From the IMG/VR virus record IMGVR_UViG_3300044723_003200: a stretch of DNA of 64,000 nucleotides. One strand, written 5' to 3'. This document shows, piece after piece, positions 19,154 through 27,015 of this stretch. This DNA is from an uncultured virus (IMG/VR IMGVR_UViG_3300044723_003200) (Duplodnaviria > Heunggongvirae > Uroviricota > Caudoviricetes). Position numbers and translations under genes: made by a program. The notes beneath the pieces are model-generated. The model had not been told where the DNA came from and searched no databases. It was given only the letters and a program-made list of their open reading frames with translations. Every line of letters begins with the position of its first letter. Position 1 is the stretch's first letter.

Positions 19154-19813
19154 CCTTTCCTTCTTGATCCATGCCTTCGCTTTGGCATTTTCTGGTTCTT
19201 TGTCTAAGAACTTCTTGATGTCACGATATGCGCGTAGTGTCTCTTTCTGGTAGTCTTTACCATTTGAGTTATCTACGATCAACATGTTCTTCTTTCCAAA
19301 CATGGTCTGGAATGCACCAATATTTCGTTGAACTTCTTTCCAGTACTTGGTTACTTCTTTCTCACCGATAGTACGGTCACGTGCCTTATCTCGTGCGATG
19401 GCAGTATCAAGGTCGGTGTTTACGAAGATCATTGCGACATCGTAACCTAGTGCCTTCATCGACTCGGTTTGCTTCTTGACCTTAGCAAAGTCTTTACCAG
19501 TACCATCAATAACAACACCGAGCCTACCCATGAGGTATCGTGCTTGTCTTTTACCAGTGAGAGCCTTTGCTTTACCACGGATGTCTTGACCTTGAACAGA
19601 GAAGATATTCTCAGGAGACATTTCCATTCCCGCTTTCTTCATAGCGGCTTCATACGCATCGTCAGAGTTGACCACCTTTAATCCAAGAGCAGGCAGACCC
19701 GTCTTACCGACAATGAAAGATTTGCCAGATCCAGGCCCACCCGCAAGGAATACTGCCTTGAAGATTGCGGGGTCATCTACACCCTCGACCATGAATTTCT
19801 TGAACTTAATCAT
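19133..19813 (-). CDS. P-loop kinase (zeta-toxin/AAA_33-like)
   Basis: KAVFLAGGPGSGKS, VNSDD, VIDGTG, R..R.R, IVDN. Confidence 0.8.
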   Translation of the reverse strand: MIKFKKFMVEGVDDPAIFKAVFLAGGPGSGKSFIVGKTGLPALGLKVVNSDDAYEAAMKKAGMEMSPENIFSVQGQDIRGKAKALTGKRQARYLMGRLGVVIDGTGKDFAKVKKQTESMKALGYDVAMIFVNTDLDTAIARDKARDRTIGEKEVTKYWKEVQRNIGAFQTMFGKKNMLIVDNSNGKDYQKETLRAYRDIKKFLDKEPENAKAKAWIKKEREKKRRD

Positions 19814-19814
19814 C

Positions 19815-20660
19815 TTAATATACCTTGTATGATTTTTGAAAGTGGGGTAACATTTTACGACCAGTGAACATTTTGGTCAACAGTTCGTCGTTATGAAAAT
19901 CGGGTCTCAATGTATTTTCTAATACATACGAGAACACATCGGTCATGTCCTTTGTCTCGCCCACTATTCTAGGTGGAGCTTCAACATCATCCAGATAAGG
20001 ATTTCCTCTATTGTATTCTTCTTTATATAATGAGCGTCTACGCACATCGTGTAGATCAAAGTCTGGCGTGCAGATCGCAGCAAAGTCATTCTTGATATCT
20101 TCGGCATTAAAGTATGTGTCTTCCGAAGGCATGGGGTGTCCTGCCAGATACACGCAGTCAAACTCTACTCCGTCAGGAGCCGTGACTTCATAGTTTGAAT
20201 CTCCCATGGTGTACATTCCATTGGACATACAAAAATTTACACCAAATCCATCCATCAGATCATGGTACAAACTTGTGTGGCCGTCTGGATATGCAACCCA
20301 AATGTTTGGAGGTAGTTCGTAATACTTGTTGGTGCACGGCATCATGTGGTAGTTTACATTCGGAACATTCAGAATGTACGACTCGTCAAGCAGCCTAGGA
20401 AACAAAGCATTCCGAAATGATGGGACAAACAAAACATTCTGATACTGTTTGGCGCTCAAGATGTTATTGAGTAGGATTGATTGTGGAATGTGTCGCTCAG
20501 TCCCAAGAATCTTGTCTGTCAGGAGTTCGTCTGTATATGACGTTATTCGATCACGGACAAGGCGTCTGAACACATAGTCGTTTTCTTCGGGGATCAGTGA
20601 AACCTGATACGAACCATTGTCATTTACTCCGGTGATAATGCTGTACATTGTATCGTACAT
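19815..20660 (-). CDS. Hypothetical protein (paralog of 20660-21463)
   Basis: Long ORF; FDCVYLAG...DIKNDFAAICTPDFDLHDV shared with neighbour. Confidence 0.65.
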   Translation of the reverse strand: MYDTMYSIITGVNDNGSYQVSLIPEENDYVFRRLVRDRITSYTDELLTDKILGTERHIPQSILLNNILSAKQYQNVLFVPSFRNALFPRLLDESYILNVPNVNYHMMPCTNKYYELPPNIWVAYPDGHTSLYHDLMDGFGVNFCMSNGMYTMGDSNYEVTAPDGVEFDCVYLAGHPMPSEDTYFNAEDIKNDFAAICTPDFDLHDVRRRSLYKEEYNRGNPYLDDVEAPPRIVGETKDMTDVFSYVLENTLRPDFHNDELLTKMFTGRKMLPHFQKSYKVY

Positions 20661-21463
20661 TAGTATACCCTATACCACTTATCAATATCGATGACATTGA
20701 CCGCAAGTCTGTTATATAAAATAATGCTTCTCATATTAGGCATTTCAAGTTCATCTCGAACTTGGTTGCGAGTAGTCTTATCTATAATTTTCTTAGGAGT
20801 GTTGACTGACTGAAACATCGACGCAGCAATCGTAGTGTTGTTTTTTCGTCTACCGGAAAGCTTTCTGTTGTCGTTGCCGTGTCGATACACATCAATCATA
20901 TCAAACTCTGGAGTGCAATATCGAGCGAACTTGCTCTTGACATCAGCTACTTGGAACTTGCCCTTCTTATATGCATCACACCCCAACAGAACTACAGCAT
21001 CAAATTTAATGTCGGTCTTGATTTTGAAATCACCGTCTAATTTGAATGGTGCGTCAACGTCTAATGTCTTGACGCCAGTTGACTCGTATATTGAGTCGAA
21101 CCAATTCACAGAATTCTTTACCTTGGTCACATACATGTTGCTTTTGGCTTGCACTATCTCATGAACTATCGGTAAGAGATGGTCGCCCGCACTCTTGTGA
21201 GGTCGGTGATTCTTCACAACATTTTCGTAGTCTTTATCAACGAATGAGGTTACCACAAGGACATTTTCGTATCCTGATAAAGATATCAAACCAGCAAGCA
21301 CTGATGCATCGGTTATCAGAGATGTATGATCGTTTGGATGCAAACTCTTCTTCTTATAACTAGACAGACCTTCCGAGACGGCATTGAACAGTTGTCTCTT
21401 CCTGCCAAGATTCACGATGAGGTTCTGATCAGAACTGATTGGTTGACATCTGTATAGTAACAT
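20660..21463 (-). CDS. Hypothetical protein (paralog of 19815-20660)
   Basis: FDAVVLLG...DVKSKFARYCTPEFDMIDV. Confidence 0.65.
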   Translation of the reverse strand: MLLYRCQPISSDQNLIVNLGRKRQLFNAVSEGLSSYKKKSLHPNDHTSLITDASVLAGLISLSGYENVLVVTSFVDKDYENVVKNHRPHKSAGDHLLPIVHEIVQAKSNMYVTKVKNSVNWFDSIYESTGVKTLDVDAPFKLDGDFKIKTDIKFDAVVLLGCDAYKKGKFQVADVKSKFARYCTPEFDMIDVYRHGNDNRKLSGRRKNNTTIAASMFQSVNTPKKIIDKTTRNQVRDELEMPNMRSIILYNRLAVNVIDIDKWYRVY

Positions 21464-21729
21464 TACTGTCCCTTGTAGATATTCTGTATGTAGTCCTCAA
21501 ACTGCTCGATCTTTTCGAGTCGATTGGGCCACAGAATATACTCCTTCTCAGGATTCTGTTTGAGATTGTTCAGCAATGGTTGGATCGCATTGAACAGACT
21601 GTCTAATTTATCTTGGGTCTCTGACACCGAGTCGGACACAGACGCAACTTTAGACTGCGCCTGTTGCACAGCCTCCAGTTCATCTTCGTCTACTAGGGTA
21701 AACCCGAAATCGAATAGTTTTTCGCTCAT
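21463..21729 (-). CDS. Conserved hypothetical phage protein
   Basis: FDFGFT, PLL.NL..NP.KEYI.WPNR; late promoter upstream. Confidence 0.7.
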   Translation of the reverse strand: MSEKLFDFGFTLVDEDELEAVQQAQSKVASVSDSVSETQDKLDSLFNAIQPLLNNLKQNPEKEYILWPNRLEKIEQFEDYIQNIYKGQ

Positions 21730-21734
21730 ACGTT

Positions 21735-21742
21735 TATTTATA
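21735..21742 (-). promoter_or_regulatory. T4-type late promoter
   Basis: TATAAATA on minus strand, 5 nt before ATG 21729. Confidence 0.75.
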
Positions 21743-21753
21743 CAAAAAAAGAC

Positions 21754-21782
21754 TTGACAAAAGATGTTTTTGTCTGTATCAT
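21754..21782 (+). promoter_or_regulatory. sigma70-type early promoter
   Basis: TTGACA-17-TATCAT, followed by AGGAGG. Confidence 0.7.
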
Positions 21783-21808
21783 ATTCTTATCTAGTCAGGA
21801 GGTATGTG

Positions 21809-22105
21809 ATGCAATCATTCCACGGATCTATGAGGTACGATCAATCTGGTCGTAAGCGCAAGACCAAAGCATGGTCTACTCGAAAGCGAACCCCCGAATT
21901 CAAACCGATGCAGTCCTACAGTGTGGGCCCTGATTGGAGGCGCGAGACTCCTAAGTACGAGTCTGCTCCACTGACACCGTACAGTCCCGACAAGGACACC
22001 ACGTTCAAGTTGGAGGAGTCCAAGAACTTCACTGTCGCGCCAGCATACAACAAGGGTGCTTATCAGGTTATTCCAAAAAGTGATATAAAACACATTGGTA
22101 AGTAG
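21809..22105 (+). CDS. Conserved hypothetical T4-like protein
   Basis: APAYNKGAYQ motif; AGGAGG RBS. Confidence 0.7.
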   Translation: MQSFHGSMRYDQSGRKRKTKAWSTRKRTPEFKPMQSYSVGPDWRRETPKYESAPLTPYSPDKDTTFKLEESKNFTVAPAYNKGAYQVIPKSDIKHIGK

Positions 22106-22115
22106 AAAATAGTAT

Positions 22116-22169
22116 TTGACTTTTCTTGTGATATCGACTATAATACTTGTATTGAAAATGAGAAAGGAA
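22116..22169 (+). promoter_or_regulatory. Early promoter plus leader cassette, copy 1
   Basis: TTGACT-17-TATAAT then ACTTGTATTGAAAATGAGAAAGGAA. Confidence 0.85.
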
Positions 22170-22174
22170 ACGAG

Positions 22175-22465
22175 ATGACCCCATTTGTTAAAGAAGAGTT
22201 TGTTTGGGACGGTATGTATCTTATGTATCGTGGGCGTCACACCAAGAGTGTGAACATGGAAGTCGCGAAACCTGGCTGCCATCCTTCTTGGGTCGGTAAA
22301 CCAAAACCTGAGTTTATCGCTCGATTCAAGTATGGTCGTAAGCCATGGAAAGCGTGGGTTAACTTCCTCGTGAAGAACAACGTGTCTGTTGAGAAATATT
22401 TGGAACTTGCGGAGGAATTTTATCCTAAACCCGCAATGGCGATACTCGGTTACAAAGGTAAGTAA
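22175..22465 (+). CDS. Hypothetical early protein
   Basis: ORF directly behind promoter and RBS; FIARFKY. Confidence 0.7.
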   Translation: MTPFVKEEFVWDGMYLMYRGRHTKSVNMEVAKPGCHPSWVGKPKPEFIARFKYGRKPWKAWVNFLVKNNVSVEKYLELAEEFYPKPAMAILGYKGK

Positions 22466-22474
22466 GGAACTGTT

Positions 22475-23008
22475 ATGTCTAAGTTAGTAATCACCACCCA
22501 ATACCTAGAGAACTACTCGTTTGACGTAGACGGGTTTCCTTCAACGGAACCCGATGCCTACTTCAAACCAAAGGGTGGCACCACCTATGTCATGGAGAAT
22601 CTCTCTTCTAGGGATCTCAACGAGATTGCTCACGGCACCTTCATGCCTGTGATTCAGGATCTCGTGTCTTACAACAACGAGGTTGCTCGTGAGTATGTCA
22701 TTAGTTGGGACATTGTCGAGGATGACGCTAAGGTCGGTGAATCTTGGGAAGCCCCTATCTTTATCACTCTTGTCGGTGGTCGTTGGAAGGCAACTCGTAC
22801 TACCGTGAATGACGAGTACCGGAACCTAGTTCCTGTCATTCGTAGTTACACTGAGTCGTGGCTCATGTCCTCTGATGCCGAGAAGGAATTCGGCACCTAC
22901 ACAAAGGACTATGTAGTCCGTGTCGATGGTGAGGAGCGTATTGCCAAAGAGAACGAGGTTCTCGAACTCATCGAAGAATTCTATGCAAAAAAGAGGGAGA
23001 CCGCATGA
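22475..23008 (+). CDS. Hypothetical early protein
   Basis: KLVITTQYLENY, KPKGG.TY; AAGGA RBS. Confidence 0.7.
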   Translation: MSKLVITTQYLENYSFDVDGFPSTEPDAYFKPKGGTTYVMENLSSRDLNEIAHGTFMPVIQDLVSYNNEVAREYVISWDIVEDDAKVGESWEAPIFITLVGGRWKATRTTVNDEYRNLVPVIRSYTESWLMSSDAEKEFGTYTKDYVVRVDGEERIAKENEVLELIEEFYAKKRETA

Positions 23009-23274
23009 CACAGTATGACCGAGCTGTTGAGAAACAACGACTGAGACTTGAGATGGAGGAATGGGCTAAGGGTGTACAACACGTTCATTCACATGGGATC
23101 TCTTCCATGTGGTATGATGATCGCCCAGAAGATACCGCTGGCGGTAAGGTCGTGACAGATATCCTGTATAACGATGGTCTTGTTAAACGGACTCTAGAGT
23201 CTGGTGAAGTGATCCTCATGGGAACCCCGTTGACTGGAGAACAATTAGTCAAAGAATTTGAAAAAAAGTGTTGA
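23005..23274 (+). CDS. Hypothetical early protein
   Basis: GGAG RBS, ATGA overlap. Confidence 0.65.
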   Translation: MTQYDRAVEKQRLRLEMEEWAKGVQHVHSHGISSMWYDDRPEDTAGGKVVTDILYNDGLVKRTLESGEVILMGTPLTGEQLVKEFEKKC

Positions 23275-23324
23275 CAAAAGTTGCTGCATCGCTTATAATA
23301 CTTGTATTGAGAATGAGAAAGGAA
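23271..23324 (+). promoter_or_regulatory. Early promoter plus leader cassette, copy 2
   Basis: TTGACA-17-TATAAT then ACTTGTATTGAGAATGAGAAAGGAA. Confidence 0.85.
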
Positions 23325-23331
23325 CTGAAGA

Positions 23332-23526
23332 ATGTACCACGAATGTGAAGCTGCTGAAGAAATCACTGTTGTCCTGACCAAGAAAGAACTTCATGTCTTG
23401 CGAATGGCAGCGATGCGAACTGCAAACGTGATGGCAGAGAAGAAGACTCCTACTGCCCAGAAGCGAGTCGAGTTGATTGATCTTGCTACCGAGAAACTAG
23501 AACGAGCCTTTTACGGAGTAAAGTAA
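23332..23526 (+). CDS. Hypothetical early protein
   Basis: ORF behind promoter and RBS. Confidence 0.6.
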   Translation: MYHECEAAEEITVVLTKKELHVLRMAAMRTANVMAEKKTPTAQKRVELIDLATEKLERAFYGVK

Positions 23527-23723
23527 TGAAATATATTGTCAAGTCACAAATTGGTGAGGTCGTTGCGGGTCTCTATGCCCCAATCTCTACTTTTGAGTCT
23601 GCGGCCTCATACGCCAATGCTGTTGTGTTCAGCGCACAGTTTCCTGACATCACTGAAGCAACTGTCGTTGAGGTCGATGCCTATGGCAACGAGCGCACGG
23701 TTTACACGAGGGAGGCCGCATAG
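23526..23723 (+). CDS. Hypothetical early protein
   Basis: TAATG overlap, GGAG RBS. Confidence 0.6.
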   Translation: MKYIVKSQIGEVVAGLYAPISTFESAASYANAVVFSAQFPDITEATVVEVDAYGNERTVYTREAA

Positions 23724-23975
23724 ATGGCAATGACATTTGTTGCAGAGGAGCGATATCAACTCCTACGTGAAAAGTTTGATGTTCTCACTGAGGGCATGGA
23801 AGATTGGAAGATGCCAATCAAAGCCGTTGTTCCGATTCGTGAACTTGATGACTATCGCGATGCGTGTGAATTTATGACCGGATCTACACTCTATGTGGTT
23901 AGACAGGTCAACGAACCTAATTTTGGTGATATGCTCGTGCGAGCGGAGGGATACTATAATGCTATCGGATCTTAA
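23724..23975 (+). CDS. Hypothetical early protein
   Basis: GGAGG RBS; WKMPI...A.EF.TG...A.GYY. Confidence 0.65.
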   Translation: MAMTFVAEERYQLLREKFDVLTEGMEDWKMPIKAVVPIRELDDYRDACEFMTGSTLYVVRQVNEPNFGDMLVRAEGYYNAIGS

Positions 23976-24222
23976 TATTGTTGGTGTGATCAAAGGAGGT
24001 TTCACTGTAGAGATGAGAGGCGCTACCGAACTGTCGTTTATGGAACTGAAGTACAAGTTTGAAAACGGTTATGGTGCGGAAGTAGTCAAGATCAAAAACC
24101 CTGATGACGAGACGAGCTTCAATGTCACTCTGTTAAACACAGATGGTGACCCACTAGATCTTTCAACGAATCTGACCAGCGCCATGTTGTCAGATAAGAT
24201 TGGTGAGATCTCTCACCTATGA
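23959..24222 (+). CDS. Hypothetical protein
   Basis: GGAGGG RBS before ATG 23959; YKFENGYGA. Confidence 0.55.
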   Translation: MLSDLNIVGVIKGGFTVEMRGATELSFMELKYKFENGYGAEVVKIKNPDDETSFNVTLLNTDGDPLDLSTNLTSAMLSDKIGEISHL

Positions 24223-24773
24223 ATGTCTTTCACCTCTCAACCAACCCAGTGAAAGCTGCGCGTATGCATTTGGATAAACACGTGGTCAAGATGATCATCG
24301 AATACGCTCAGCTGATGAGCACTGCTCATCGGGTTCTTGATGGTGAAGAGTACTACGATAAGACTGCGATTGGTCGTAGGATCAAACGCTGGAAACATCC
24401 GAACTCTAATCTGGAGAACACACTCTACAAGGCGTCCCACGTGAATCATCCTAGTGGTGTGTGGACTCGCAAGACATCCGCAAACTATCTGTACCTGCAC
24501 CAGATGTGGGAAGAACTTTGCAAAGAGTATACCTACCGATACGGAAAAAAACACTTGACAGAAAGCAAGTTATCTGGTATACTGTCCTACATTCCTGAAA
24601 ACATACCTGATGGTGGGTTGACGGAATTCGCGCAAGCAATGCCTGAGTATTGCAAACGTGAAGATCCTGTAGAGGCTTATCGCTTCTACTACATCAACGA
24701 GAAGAGGAGATTTGCGAACTGGACTCATCGCGAAATGCCGCGATGGTATCAACAAGCAGTCGGAGGATTCTAA
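24219..24773 (+). CDS. Pyrimidine-dimer DNA glycosylase / endonuclease V-like
   Basis: MNVF.L, H.DKHVVKMIIEYAQLMSTAH, H.NHP, EYT.RYGK.H, FAQAMP, AYR.YY. Confidence 0.75.
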   Translation: MNVFHLSTNPVKAARMHLDKHVVKMIIEYAQLMSTAHRVLDGEEYYDKTAIGRRIKRWKHPNSNLENTLYKASHVNHPSGVWTRKTSANYLYLHQMWEELCKEYTYRYGKKHLTESKLSGILSYIPENIPDGGLTEFAQAMPEYCKREDPVEAYRFYYINEKRRFANWTHREMPRWYQQAVGGF

Positions 24774-24775
24774 AC

Positions 24776-25081
24776 ATGGAGAAGTCATTGACCTATCAAG
24801 AAATCGTTGACACCTTACGTGAAGGTGTGGTAAACTTGTCTTTCACGAAAGTGAAGGATGGTGAAGTACGCAACATGAAGGCAACCCTAGTCTCGGATCT
24901 GATTCCGGCTGACAAGATGCCAAAGACCGATGCGAATGCAAATACTGAAAAGAATCAACTTGCGGTACGTGTATTTGATCTTGACTTGGCGGACTGGCGT
25001 TCGTTTCGTGTAGACTCGCTGTTGTCTTTTGACACGGAGAGTGCGTACCCGTCTGGTCACAACTTTATCACCGGAGCATAG
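24776..25081 (+). CDS. WYL_2 / SH3-like beta-barrel protein
   Basis: F.K..GE.R.M.ATL, VFDL....WRSFR. Confidence 0.75.
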   Translation: MEKSLTYQEIVDTLREGVVNLSFTKVKDGEVRNMKATLVSDLIPADKMPKTDANANTEKNQLAVRVFDLDLADWRSFRVDSLLSFDTESAYPSGHNFITGA

Positions 25082-25094
25082 ACTAAATAACCAT

Positions 25095-25724
25095 ATGGCA
25101 AAGAAACTCACACCAGCAGAGAAAGCAAGGAAGACTAGGGAGGCGAAGAACAAACGCGCTCTAGAGGAACTTGGTCTTGACACCTCACGTAAGAAAGTGA
25201 AGCGTAAACGCAAACCTATGACTGCGGAGCAGAAGAAGGCAGCGTCAGAACGTCTCGCAAAGGCGCGTGAGGCACGTGGTGCAAATGGCAGTAAGTCTGT
25301 CCACGAGGACATTCGAGATCTGCCAGAGGATCACTTCCTGCATTGGAAGAAGGTCAAACAATGGTTGAAATCAAATCAAGAGGAACTCAAAGGGATGCGG
25401 AGTTTCAAGAACTCCAAGGCAGCCAAAGAGAGATCCGAATACATTGCTCTTGAAGTCTATATCGATAACATGAAACGATACCTTGCAAACGGTGTCTGGC
25501 TTGATTATCGATACGGTGAACAACGCGAAGGTCGTATACAGTATAAGGTCGAAGCAATGGCTTATTATGCTGATGGTACACCCAAGCGAACCTATGGTGC
25601 ATGGTATCCCGACATCCGGCAGACTTGGACTCCAGAACTGGAGGAAGAGTTTGCTAAGGATGAGGAATACGCCTTGCAATTCAATTCTACTCAGAGTATA
25701 AATACTGATGAGGAGGAAGAATGA
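25095..25724 (+). CDS. Basic hypothetical protein
   Basis: K/R-rich N-terminus (ERLAKAREAR); ACTAAATA 5 nt before ATG. Confidence 0.65.
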   Translation: MAKKLTPAEKARKTREAKNKRALEELGLDTSRKKVKRKRKPMTAEQKKAASERLAKAREARGANGSKSVHEDIRDLPEDHFLHWKKVKQWLKSNQEELKGMRSFKNSKAAKERSEYIALEVYIDNMKRYLANGVWLDYRYGEQREGRIQYKVEAMAYYADGTPKRTYGAWYPDIRQTWTPELEEEFAKDEEYALQFNSTQSINTDEEEE

Positions 25725-25987
25725 AGGTTGATTTCCAAATTGGTGGAGTAGACTCGTCCGACGATTCTAACTTCATGAACAAGAAACGATTCACCAAGAT
25801 GACCGAGGATGCGGTCAGAAACAAATCAATGTCCTACATGGACGCTGTGGTTTATCTGTGTGATCAGAATAACCTAGACATTGAGGATGTCAAGAAATAT
25901 ATCGCGACATCTATCAAAGAGAAGATTGAGGTTGAAGCAATGAACCTTAACTTTCTTGAAAAGAGTGCTGACCTTACTCTAAAATAA
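25721..25987 (+). CDS. gp33: Late promoter transcription co-activator gp33
   Basis: F...E......SYMDAV...C....DIE.V.K.I...KEKIE.EA..LNFL; adjacent to gp32. Confidence 0.82.
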   Translation: MKVDFQIGGVDSSDDSNFMNKKRFTKMTEDAVRNKSMSYMDAVVYLCDQNNLDIEDVKKYIATSIKEKIEVEAMNLNFLEKSADLTLK

Positions 25988-25990
25988 AGG

Positions 25991-26019
25991 TTGACAAAAC
26001 GATTACATTATGGTATAGT
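25991..26019 (+). promoter_or_regulatory. sigma70-type promoter of gp32
   Basis: TTGACA-17-TATAGT with extended TG. Confidence 0.75.
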
Positions 26020-26052
26020 GGACACACAATCATACGAGGAAAATACAAACAT

Positions 26053-26973
26053 ATGTCTTTTGCAAATCTAAAAAACAATCGCACCGATATCTCTAAGCTG
26101 GCAGCAGCCGCACAAGAGATGGGTGGTGCAAAGCAAGGTAACAACAAGTACGAGGATACTCGTTTCTGGAAACCCACGGTAGATGAATCAGGTAACGGTT
26201 ACGCCGTTGTTCGTTTCCTGCCTGCGGCGGAAGGTCAAGAACTCCCTTGGGTACGTTACTTCGATCACTTCTTCAAAGGCCCGACTGGTCAATGGTACGT
26301 CGAGAAGTCTCTGACTACTCTGGGTAACAATGACCCAGTGAGTGAGTACAACTCGCGACTGTGGAACTCTGGTATCGAAGAGGACAAAGAAACCGCACGT
26401 AAACAGAAGCGCCGTCTTCACTATGTTGCGAACATCATGGTCATGAATGACCCCGCGAACCCTGCCAACGAAGGCAAGGTATTCATGTATGACTTCGGTA
26501 AGAAGATCTTTGATAAGATCATGGATAAGATGCAACCGGAATTTCCAGGCGAAGAACCGATCAATCCGTTTGACTTCTGGACTGGTGCCGACTTCCAACT
26601 GAAGATTCGTAATGTTGCGGGATATCGTAACTACGACAAGTCTGAGTTCAAGGCTTCTGCACCTCTACTGGAAGCAGATGAGACGCGACTCGAAGCAACT
26701 TACAATCAGTTGCATGACATGTCTGAGTTTACTGCTCCGTCTTCGTACAAGTCCTATGACGAACTGAAAGGTCGTTTGGAGGTTGTACTAGGTCAATCAA
26801 CGGGTGCTGGTGCAACCGTCAAGAATGACTCACTGACCGAGACTGCGGAAGTAGTATCTGCACGTGAACAGGAACCACAAGTTATCGCGTCTGCCCCTGA
26901 ACCGAACATCACGGCTGCAGCGGACGAGGACGATACCTTGAGTTACTTTGCGAAACTTGCAGCGGAAGACTAG
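26053..26973 (+). CDS. gp32: Single-stranded DNA-binding protein gp32
   Basis: MSFANLK, D.RFWKP..D.SGNGYAVVRFLP, NEGKVF, FGKKIFDKI, NPFDFW.GA.F.LKI, NYDKSEF, acidic tail LSYFAKLA. Confidence 0.96.
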   Translation: MSFANLKNNRTDISKLAAAAQEMGGAKQGNNKYEDTRFWKPTVDESGNGYAVVRFLPAAEGQELPWVRYFDHFFKGPTGQWYVEKSLTTLGNNDPVSEYNSRLWNSGIEEDKETARKQKRRLHYVANIMVMNDPANPANEGKVFMYDFGKKIFDKIMDKMQPEFPGEEPINPFDFWTGADFQLKIRNVAGYRNYDKSEFKASAPLLEADETRLEATYNQLHDMSEFTAPSSYKSYDELKGRLEVVLGQSTGAGATVKNDSLTETAEVVSAREQEPQVIASAPEPNITAAADEDDTLSYFAKLAAED

Positions 26974-26989
26974 ACTCTTCTATCCTTTG

Positions 26990-27015
26990 AGGGGCACTTC
27001 GGTGCCCCTTTTTTT
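26990..27015 (+). terminator. Rho-independent terminator with cUUCGg tetraloop
   Basis: AGGGGCAC-TTCG-GTGCCCCT-TTTTTT between convergent genes. Confidence 0.9.

Noticed and set aside
19133..19813. Epsilon-zeta toxin-antitoxin system
   Set aside because: No antitoxin-like small partner; only a generic P-loop kinase is supportable.
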